Source of the DNA: Myxococcota bacterium
Lineage (GTDB): Bacteria; Myxococcota_A; UBA796; UBA2385
DNA length: 64,000 nt
Direction: 5' to 3'
Assembly (NCBI GenBank): GCA_044344255.1
Contig: JBIJDH010000001.1
Span: 128,001 to 192,000 of the forward strand
In this document: in pieces, positions 57,038 through 64,000 of the stretch
Layout of the letters: every line of letters begins with the position of its first letter
Numbering within the stretch: position 1 is the stretch's first letter
Notes under the pieces: model-generated
What the model saw: only the letters and a program-made list of their open reading frames with translations
The model's database searches: none
Told to the model about the DNA's origin: nothing
Program-made: the position numbers and the translations under genes

Positions 57038-58093
57038 GTGGACCCACGAATGGACAGGCGGCGCTTCCTCATCCGCGGGATCGCAGCGCTCATCGTGCTG
57101 AGCGCGGTGGTTGGTGTGGGCCTCGTGTGGAGCGGGAGGATGGGCGGCCTCACGAGCTCCGCCGTGGTCACGGGTCCATGGTCCGATATCGACGGCCTCC
57201 CCTGGTTGCTCCCCGATCTGCAGGACGCCAAGGTCATCCTCCCAGACCGCCCCCACCGACCGCCACCGACCGGCGCCCAGCTCCGCTCGGTCGAGCCCTC
57301 CCTGCTCCGCACCCGGAGCTTCCTCCTGCGCACGAACAGCCAGAGGCTCCGGGGCCCCGCCGTCCAGACAAAGGTTCCGGAGACCTACCGTATCATCGCG
57401 CTTGGCGAGTCCGTGACCCTCGGCTGGGGCGTAGAAGAATCCGAGACCTACCCCGCCCGGTTGGAAGCGAAGCTCCGCGAGGAGGGCCTTCAGGTCGAGG
57501 TGCTGAACGCGGGGGTCCCCGGATCGAACCCCCATACGATGGCCCGCTGGTGCGAGAAAAAGGCCGCGGCCCTCAGCCCCGACCTCATCCTCTGGACCTC
57601 CCGACGGGTCGATCGGGGCGGCGCCGGAGCGCAGGGTTACGCCGACGCCGTCTCTCGCTGCCGCCGAGCGGGGAATTGGGGCCTGGCCATCGTGCTCCCC
57701 CCCCTCTCGGGCTTCGATTTGAAAGGCCTGGCCAACGAGGAAGCCGAACGGGCGCAGCTCAGCGCGGCGCTCGGGCCAGCAGCACCCCCCGTTTGGGACC
57801 TCGCTCCAGCCTTCCTGGCTGCGGAGGCTGGCAAGGGAGAGACGCTGGTTTCGGAGGCCGGGAAGGTGCGCGTCCTGGATCAGGAGTCCGGTCACGTCTG
57901 GCTGGAGGCCACCGCCACCGCCGAAGGGCTGCCCGACGCCGTCTACGATCTCTTCGAGGCCGAGCCTGATGTGCGAGAGGCCCTCTTCTTCGACGACGGG
58001 CACCCCAACGCTGAGGGCTTCATCGTCTTCGCCGACCTGCTCGTCGAACCCGTCAGCGAGCTTCTGCGCGGCGGGGCAAAGACCGGTGGCTGA
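57038..58093 (+). CDS. Membrane-anchored SGNH/GDSL hydrolase-family protein
   Basis: N-terminal TM; TNSQRLRG; IIALGESVTLGWG; NAGVPG; DDGHPN (alternative ATG at 57050). Confidence 0.85.
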   Translation: MDPRMDRRRFLIRGIAALIVLSAVVGVGLVWSGRMGGLTSSAVVTGPWSDIDGLPWLLPDLQDAKVILPDRPHRPPPTGAQLRSVEPSLLRTRSFLLRTNSQRLRGPAVQTKVPETYRIIALGESVTLGWGVEESETYPARLEAKLREEGLQVEVLNAGVPGSNPHTMARWCEKKAAALSPDLILWTSRRVDRGGAGAQGYADAVSRCRRAGNWGLAIVLPPLSGFDLKGLANEEAERAQLSAALGPAAPPVWDLAPAFLAAEAGKGETLVSEAGKVRVLDQESGHVWLEATATAEGLPDAVYDLFEAEPDVREALFFDDGHPNAEGFIVFADLLVEPVSELLRGGAKTGG

Positions 58094-59129
58094 GATCCCC
58101 ACGCCGGATCCGGAGCCACCCGTCCCCCTGCGGTTTCGGCTCTTGTTTCTGGGCTTCAGCCTTGCCCTCTCCTTCGGGGTGGCCGAGCTGCTCATTCGAA
58201 AGCTGGACGGCGGCGCCCTCCCCCACCTCTCCATCTTCGCCGAAGATCCCAATCGGGGCATCATCCTCCGCGCAGGGGCAACGGACCGGGTGCGCCGCGC
58301 CGACGGTGTCCCCTTCACCGTTGAGACCGACGAGACGGGCCTGCGCCGCTCCTCTACCCCGGCCAGAGACTGGCTCGTGGTGGGCGACTCGCAGGTGCTC
58401 GGCTGGGGGGTCTCCGCGGAGGACTCCTTCGCCGGCCGCCTCGGGCTCCGGAACGCAGGCGTCCCCGGCTATGGGCTGCCCGACGCCCTTCGCGACGCGG
58501 AGCAGCGATGCCGGCAGCCGGGAATTCGCGCCATCCTCGTGATCGTCAATCAAGCCAATGACTGGGAGGAGGCAGAGCTCCCCGTGGAGGACCGTTTTCA
58601 TGTGAATGGTGGGTGGCTGATCCGCCGCAGGGCCGAGACCCGCTCTCGGCTCGAGCTGTGGTGGTCGAGCCCCCTCCCCCACTTCCATGTCCTCTACTTG
58701 GCCTCGATGCTCTTGACCCTCGATGCCCCGGGCGCCGCGACCCTCCCTGCCGAGGCCCCCCCCGCCTGGATGCAGGATCCAGCCGGGCAGGCCCCCCTCA
58801 GCGCCAAGCTCGCCCACCGTATCAACGCATTCGCTGCGCTCCACCCCGACATCCGTGTGGTGACGGCCTTCTTGCCCGTCGATGTGGCGACCGGCGAGGC
58901 CCGGGTCGCGGCCTCACCCTTTGGCCCGGCCGCGCGGGCCGTACCACACCCCCCCTGGAGCGACAGCAGCCTGTACGATCAAGTCAGGGCGGCCCTCCAT
59001 GGCCCGCTCCTCGATCTCCGCCCTGCGCTATCGAAGCACCCTGAGGCCTTCCAGGAGCGGGACTACCACCTGAGCGCGGAGGGCCATCGCCTCGTCGCCC
59101 AGGCCCTTGAGACGGAGCTGTCTCCGTGA
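58086..59129 (+). CDS. Membrane-anchored SGNH-like (AlgJ/AlgX-type) protein
   Basis: TM ending AELLIR; VVGDSQVLGWG; NAGVPGYG; QAND; DYHLSAEGH. Confidence 0.82.
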   Translation: MAEIPTPDPEPPVPLRFRLLFLGFSLALSFGVAELLIRKLDGGALPHLSIFAEDPNRGIILRAGATDRVRRADGVPFTVETDETGLRRSSTPARDWLVVGDSQVLGWGVSAEDSFAGRLGLRNAGVPGYGLPDALRDAEQRCRQPGIRAILVIVNQANDWEEAELPVEDRFHVNGGWLIRRRAETRSRLELWWSSPLPHFHVLYLASMLLTLDAPGAATLPAEAPPAWMQDPAGQAPLSAKLAHRINAFAALHPDIRVVTAFLPVDVATGEARVAASPFGPAARAVPHPPWSDSSLYDQVRAALHGPLLDLRPALSKHPEAFQERDYHLSAEGHRLVAQALETELSP

Positions 59130-59184
59130 AAAACAATGCGGTGAACCTGTACTGGCTCGGCTGAAGCATGTCGCCCGACTCGAC

Positions 59185-59228
59185 CTCGGCGGAGGGCTCG
59201 GCGGAGGGCTCGGCGGAGGGCTCGGCGG
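59185..59228 (+). repeat. 12-bp tandem repeat (CTCGGCGGAGGG), 3 copies plus a partial, intergenic
   Basis: Directly visible in the sequence. Confidence 0.9.
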
Positions 59229-59341
59229 TCGGGGGCGCCACGAGGTCGTGGCCACCCTCCAAGGACCGCGCCGGTGTACAATCCACCCTGCCAGAGAGGA
59301 CTTGGCCATGATCGGCGTGCGGCGAATCGGGGGCATCCGCC

Positions 59342-61456
59342 GTGTTTAGGATCGGCGTCCCCTCGCAATCGGGCGCTTGGCGCGCGCTGATCGCCCTGGC
59401 CGCGGCAGCGCTCGGCTTCGGGTCCGCGCAGGCCGTCGTGGCGCTCCAGCCGGAGGCCCAAGCTTCGCGATGGACCCTCGGCGAGAGCTCAGTCCCCATC
59501 GAGGTGGCGGCGCTGGCGGGCGACCTCCCACCGCGCTCCGACGCGCTCGACCTCTGGTCTTACCGGGCAGCATCCCCCGCGCTGCCCGCCTTCGAGGCGG
59601 GTACGGTCGATCTCGACGCGCTCGTCCCCGACGGTGGCCAGCTCTCCGTGCGCCTCGGCGCGGAGGCCGTCGGCGGCCCGGCGCGGCCGGTCCGCCCTCC
59701 GTTGGACAGCCCAGGCGTCGAGGATCGCCCCGGCCCCGGTCCCAGCCCGGGCCCCGGCCGGCGTCCGGGCGAGGCTGCGCGCCCCCCGAGCCACGACAGC
59801 CCTCGGGGCAAGCCCCCTGACCGCGGCGCAGGCGTGCTCATCGACCGCGGCGCGCGCGGCCAGATCGTGGGACGCGGGCTCTCTTGCGCCCCCGCCGCGG
59901 CACCCAAGGCCCCCGCCTTCCACCTCGGGCTCACCGCCCGCCAGGGCATCGTCGAGGTGCGGATCGACGGCGCGCTCGTCACGCAGTGCCGTGGGAGCTG
60001 GTCCGCAGGGGCCCTGGTGCTGGCCAGCGGCGTTCGACGGGTGCAAGTCGATGACTTCGCGCTCACCCCTGAGGGGGGCGCCCCCTTTCGCGACGACTTC
60101 GGGAGCCCCCTCCTGGTCCCGACGGCTGGCCTCGTCACAGCGCTGATCTTCGGCGCCCTGTCGTGGGTCGGCGCCCGACGGCTCGCTCCGGCGGCGTGGC
60201 GGTCGGTCGGGCTCGCCCTCTCTCCTCTGCTCGCCCTCCCCCTCCTGGCGGCGCTCCCCCTTCGAGGCGTGCTCGACGCCCTCCGCTTGCTGGAGGTGCC
60301 CGAGCCCCTCGGCCCCTTCGTGTTCGCGTCGATCCCCGCCGCGATCGCGCTATCCATAGCGACCGGGGCCCTCGCCGCCTCCAAAAGGCGCGCGGCCCTG
60401 GTCGGCCTGGCGCCCCTCGTCGCCCTCCTCGTCGCCTTCCTCGTCGCCCTGGCGACCCGCATCCCAAACCTCCCCGACGACACCCTCGGCCTCACGATCC
60501 TCGCCGGTCTCGGGGCGCCGCTCGCGCTGCTGGCCTACCAGAACACCCACCCGACCACGCGGCGGGTCTCCACCTCCTACGCGCTCACGCTGCTCATCCT
60601 CTGCGGCGCCGAGTTTGGCCTGCGGCACACCGCGCTCGACAAGACGTGGACCGCCACCGCCGGTTGGCGCCGCGCCAGCCAGGAATTCACCGAGCTCCTC
60701 AAGATCCGCGAGTATCGAACGTACCCGGACGAAGGCTTCCCCGTGCGGCCCCCCGAGCCGGACCCCACCCGAAAGCGCATCGTGGCCCTCGGGGGCTCGA
60801 GCACGGGCGGCGCCTACCAGATGGACGACATCGACCAGTTCTGGCCCCGTCGGCTCCAAGACCGGCTCCCCGGATGGCAGGTGGTCAACCAGGGCGTGGG
60901 CGGCTGGAACACTCTCCACGTACGTCTCTATATGGAGAGCCAGATCGAGCGCCTCGACGCCGACATCTACGCACTCTACATCGGCCACAACGACATCCTC
61001 TCCTCCTCTCCCGTCCCCTATCGACAGCTCTACGCGAGCTGGAGCGCCCCCGACGGATGGGTCCGCGCCACCTCGGAGGCGCTCAATCGAACACGGCTCT
61101 ATGTGGGCCTGAAGTACACGATCCTCGCGTTGTCGAGCCGCAAGGCGGCGGTCGCCGTGCCCGTCCCGGACGCCCGTGAGAATATCGCGGCCATCATCGC
61201 CGCTGCCCACTCCCACGGCGCCCGCGTGCTGCTCGTGACCGAGGGCCTCAACCCCGACCCTTACCCCATGGCCCCCTACGGCGAGATGTTGGCCTCGCTC
61301 GCGGAGGCGACGGGCTCGGGCTACCTCGACGCCGCCAGCGCCTTCGCCAAAGAAGACCCCGACCTCTTCCTCGACGACTGTCACCTCTCGGTGGAAGGCC
61401 ACGAGGCGCTGGCCGGCTGGATCAATGCGAAGCTGCGCGCCGACGGCTGGTTATGA
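59342..61456 (+). CDS. Multi-pass membrane protein with N-terminal periplasmic beta domain and C-terminal SGNH domain
   Basis: About 6-7 hydrophobic helices; IVALGGSSTGG, NQGVGG, GHND, DDCHLSVEGH; start uncertain. Confidence 0.82.
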   Translation: MFRIGVPSQSGAWRALIALAAAALGFGSAQAVVALQPEAQASRWTLGESSVPIEVAALAGDLPPRSDALDLWSYRAASPALPAFEAGTVDLDALVPDGGQLSVRLGAEAVGGPARPVRPPLDSPGVEDRPGPGPSPGPGRRPGEAARPPSHDSPRGKPPDRGAGVLIDRGARGQIVGRGLSCAPAAAPKAPAFHLGLTARQGIVEVRIDGALVTQCRGSWSAGALVLASGVRRVQVDDFALTPEGGAPFRDDFGSPLLVPTAGLVTALIFGALSWVGARRLAPAAWRSVGLALSPLLALPLLAALPLRGVLDALRLLEVPEPLGPFVFASIPAAIALSIATGALAASKRRAALVGLAPLVALLVAFLVALATRIPNLPDDTLGLTILAGLGAPLALLAYQNTHPTTRRVSTSYALTLLILCGAEFGLRHTALDKTWTATAGWRRASQEFTELLKIREYRTYPDEGFPVRPPEPDPTRKRIVALGGSSTGGAYQMDDIDQFWPRRLQDRLPGWQVVNQGVGGWNTLHVRLYMESQIERLDADIYALYIGHNDILSSSPVPYRQLYASWSAPDGWVRATSEALNRTRLYVGLKYTILALSSRKAAVAVPVPDARENIAAIIAAAHSHGARVLLVTEGLNPDPYPMAPYGEMLASLAEATGSGYLDAASAFAKEDPDLFLDDCHLSVEGHEALAGWINAKLRADGWL

Positions 61457-63243
61457 CCCCCCGCCTGCGCGCCCTCCTCCTCGTCCAGTCCATCACGCTG
61501 GCGGCGCTGATGGCCTGGCCGGACACGCTGGCGCCCATGACCGCGGCGATCGGCGCGGACTCCGGCGACATCGCCAAGCACCTGTGGAACCTCTGGTGGG
61601 CACGGGCCGAGGCCGACTCCGGGGCGCCCGGGCTCCTCACCACGCTCGTCAATTGGCCCCAGGGGATGCGCCTCTACCCCATCGAGCCGCTCTCCGCGCT
61701 CGCCGCAGTGCTCCTGCCGGTCTCGCCCGTGCTGCTGGCCAACGGCCTCGCGCTCCTCAACCTCACGCTCACGGGCCTCGCCGCGGGGTGGCTCGGCTTC
61801 CTGACCACGGGCACTCGGCGCGGGGCCCACGCGACCGCGGCGCTCGTAGAGTGCTCGAGCTTTATGGCCTTCACCCTCCATGTCGGCGTCGGTGAGCTCC
61901 GCCAGGCATGGTGGATCCCCCTCGGCCTCGGCTGCCTGCTCCGCGCCCAGCGAAGCGGCAGCCTGCTGTGGTTCGCCGCCCTGGGGTTGTGCCTCGCCTT
62001 GGCGACCATCTCATGTTTCTATCACGGTTTTTTTCTCGCGACTGCGCTCAGCCTCTATGCCCTCGTGACCCTGCGGCGCCGTCACATCCCGGGCTACGTC
62101 CTCGCGGTGGGGCTCGCGCTGCTCTTGACCACGCCGATCGTGCGGACCTTCGCCGACACCTTCGGGGAGCCCGAGGCGCGGGTGGGCCTGCTGACGTGGA
62201 TGACCCAGGCCTTCACCCTCGAGACCTTCGCCGGCTCCTCCCTCGACCTCGCCCACACCCTCCTCAGCCGGGCCGGCGAGCGGGCGACCGCCGACCCGGC
62301 GGCCTACGCCTACACCGGCGGGCGCTACCTCGGCGGCGCAGCGCTCCTCCTCGCCCTGCTCGGCGCGCGAGACCGGCGCGCCCGCCCCTGGATCGCCATC
62401 GCGGCGGGCGCAACCCTGCTCGCCATGGGCAACGTCATCTGGTTCCACGGGCAAATCGTCACGACCCCCTTCACCTTGCCCCTGATGTGGCTGAACCGGC
62501 TGCTCGGCTGGTTTGCGGAGCCACTCAACTTTCCGGCGCGCTTCATCGCCGACACCTGCGTCGCCCTCGGCGTCCTCGGCGGCCTCGCCGTCACACGGCG
62601 CCGCTCCTTCGCCTGGCTCGTGCCCATCGCCCTGCTCGACATCGGGGCCAATGACCTCGTCCCGTGGCCTCGGGCCACGACGACGCTGCCGCTCACTCGC
62701 GACGTAGAGGCGCCCCCCGGCGCCACCGCTGACCTCAGCGTGATGCTGGAAGGTCATGGTCGTAAGCCGAGCTTCTACACAAACGAGGGCGCGCTCGTGG
62801 CGTCCTGGATCACCCCCGCGCTCCGCGTCCGCGCCATCGCCATGCAGCTCTCCCTCCGCCGCCCGGTTCAGACCGTGCCGATCGAACGCCAGGAGATGTG
62901 GGCCCTCGACGGGCTGATCTGGACCGCCGCGCTGCCGCTCTCCGAGGCCCTCGTAGCACAAACGGTAGAGGACTCGAATGTACTCGCGAGCTTGTTCCTC
63001 CTTCACGATCGCGGCTTCGGTTCCATCGCGCTCACGCACCCGTGCGGCGAGCGCCCCGAAGAGCAGGCCCTGCGGGTCCTCAACGAGCACCTCGGCGCCG
63101 GAACGAACGCGGGCTGCTTCACGCTCTGGGCGGTGCCCGACGTGCCGGCCACCGAGGAGCAGAAGGCCGCGTGGCGTCGGGCTCAGGCGGCGAGGGTCAG
63201 CGTGATCCCCCTGCCCACCTTACGAGAGATGGTGGCGCCATGA
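61453..63243 (+). CDS. Polytopic membrane protein, GT-C (polyprenyl-sugar-dependent glycosyltransferase)-like
   Basis: TM1, then loop GDIAKHLWNLWW...NWPQG; CFYHGFF; YLG; NFPARF; periplasmic C-terminal domain. Confidence 0.65.
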   Translation: MTPRLRALLLVQSITLAALMAWPDTLAPMTAAIGADSGDIAKHLWNLWWARAEADSGAPGLLTTLVNWPQGMRLYPIEPLSALAAVLLPVSPVLLANGLALLNLTLTGLAAGWLGFLTTGTRRGAHATAALVECSSFMAFTLHVGVGELRQAWWIPLGLGCLLRAQRSGSLLWFAALGLCLALATISCFYHGFFLATALSLYALVTLRRRHIPGYVLAVGLALLLTTPIVRTFADTFGEPEARVGLLTWMTQAFTLETFAGSSLDLAHTLLSRAGERATADPAAYAYTGGRYLGGAALLLALLGARDRRARPWIAIAAGATLLAMGNVIWFHGQIVTTPFTLPLMWLNRLLGWFAEPLNFPARFIADTCVALGVLGGLAVTRRRSFAWLVPIALLDIGANDLVPWPRATTTLPLTRDVEAPPGATADLSVMLEGHGRKPSFYTNEGALVASWITPALRVRAIAMQLSLRRPVQTVPIERQEMWALDGLIWTAALPLSEALVAQTVEDSNVLASLFLLHDRGFGSIALTHPCGERPEEQALRVLNEHLGAGTNAGCFTLWAVPDVPATEEQKAAWRRAQAARVSVIPLPTLREMVAP

Positions 63244-64000
63244 AGCGGGCCGTGTCCGCAGCTTGTTACGGGCTCCTCGCGATGTTCGCCAGCTTTCCGA
63301 TGGTGTTCACGCCCATCTCCCGGCTCGTCGGCCACCCGGACGTCGACGCCACCAACCACGCCTGGGGCCCCTGGTGGTGGTGGTGGACCCTCGGCCGCGG
63401 CGAGCTCCCGTGGAGCACGAACCTCCTGGCGGCCCCCACCGGCGGGGTGCTGTGGTTCATCGACCCCTTCACCGCCGCGGTGGGAGCGCCGTTCGTCGGC
63501 GTTCTCGGCGCGGTCGGCGCGTACAACCTTGCGATCGCCGTCAGCCTCACCATCGTCGCCGCCGGGGGACGCGCGCTGGCGCGGGCCATGGGTGCGAGCG
63601 AGGCCGCATCCTGGCTCGGCGCCGCGGCCTGCGTGCTGTCCCCCTACGTGCTCTCGGAGCTGCACAACGGGGTCTCCGAGGCCGTCAACGTTGGCTGGGC
63701 GAGCCTCACCCTCGCCGCGGCGCGGCGGGCGATCGACGGCCCCACCCTCACCCTCCGCCCCTGGGTCATCGTCGGGCTGTGGCTCGGTGTGACCGCGATG
63801 GGCACCTGGTACTACGCCTTCGCCGTGGGGATCACCATCGCCGCATGGGTGGTGCTGGAGGGGACCCGCGGCAGCCGGCGCTCGCTGGAGCGGCTCCGCT
63901 CGATGCCCCTCCAGGGGGGCGCGCTCGCCGCCGTCGTCGCGCTCGTGCTGGCCTCACCGGTGCTCACCCTCATCCAAGCGAGCATCTCCGACCCCCGCTC
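63240..64000 (+). CDS. Second GT-C-like polytopic membrane protein, 3'-truncated by the window edge
   Basis: ATGA overlap; frame is open to the end: MKRAVSAACYGLL...DVDATNHAWGPWWW...APTGG..WFIDP...SPY..SELHNGVSE...TWYYA; same layout as the previous gene. Confidence 0.7.
   Translation, partial: MKRAVSAACYGLLAMFASFPMVFTPISRLVGHPDVDATNHAWGPWWWWWTLGRGELPWSTNLLAAPTGGVLWFIDPFTAAVGAPFVGVLGAVGAYNLAIAVSLTIVAAGGRALARAMGASEAASWLGAAACVLSPYVLSELHNGVSEAVNVGWASLTLAAARRAIDGPTLTLRPWVIVGLWLGVTAMGTWYYAFAVGITIAAWVVLEGTRGSRRSLERLRSMPLQGGALAAVVALVLASPVLTLIQASISDPR

Noticed and set aside
59168..59341. In-frame TGA (59309) upstream of the TM-SGNH gene as selenocysteine or readthrough
   Set aside because: The upstream segment is low-complexity (SAEG repeats), with no redox motif or recognisable SECIS.

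Overview
This is a very GC-rich (roughly 70% or more by eye), gene-dense bacterial chromosome segment. It is most consistent with Myxococcota or related deltaproteobacteria: it has a MYXO-CTERM-type sorting tail, (TDAD)n acidic linkers, many lipoproteins and DUF1501/DUF1552 systems. Housekeeping genes are gatB, suhB, metG, nuoA-I (without nuoJ-N), rnhB, pheST, an RluA-family enzyme, bpt/ate and msrB. Accessory content is mostly extracytoplasmic. It includes two 'CxxCH lipoprotein + Tat-exported DUF1501/DUF1552' modules, one carrying an inserted CBM48. It also includes an exported lipoprotein globin operon ending in a DUF2252 kinase-like lipoprotein, two CotH-kinase lipoproteins, a lidless Hsp70/J-domain pair and a vWA/Ig lipoprotein. 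At the right end is a cell-envelope modification locus. The best candidate for an undescribed system is there: a 43-aa membrane microprotein missed by the ORF track (56906-57037) ends in FRYAVL, resembling DltX/DUF5989 tyrosine hexapeptides. It heads a run of three SGNH proteins and two GT-C-like membrane proteins, with no MBOAT in view. Other oddities are an archaeal-type RNase HII, a divergent PheRS with motif 3 GMGVPR, and repeated -10 boxes 5-8 nt before ATG that suggest leaderless mRNAs. I found no rRNA, tRNA, CRISPR or mobile element. All family calls come from motif recognition by eye, not from database searches.
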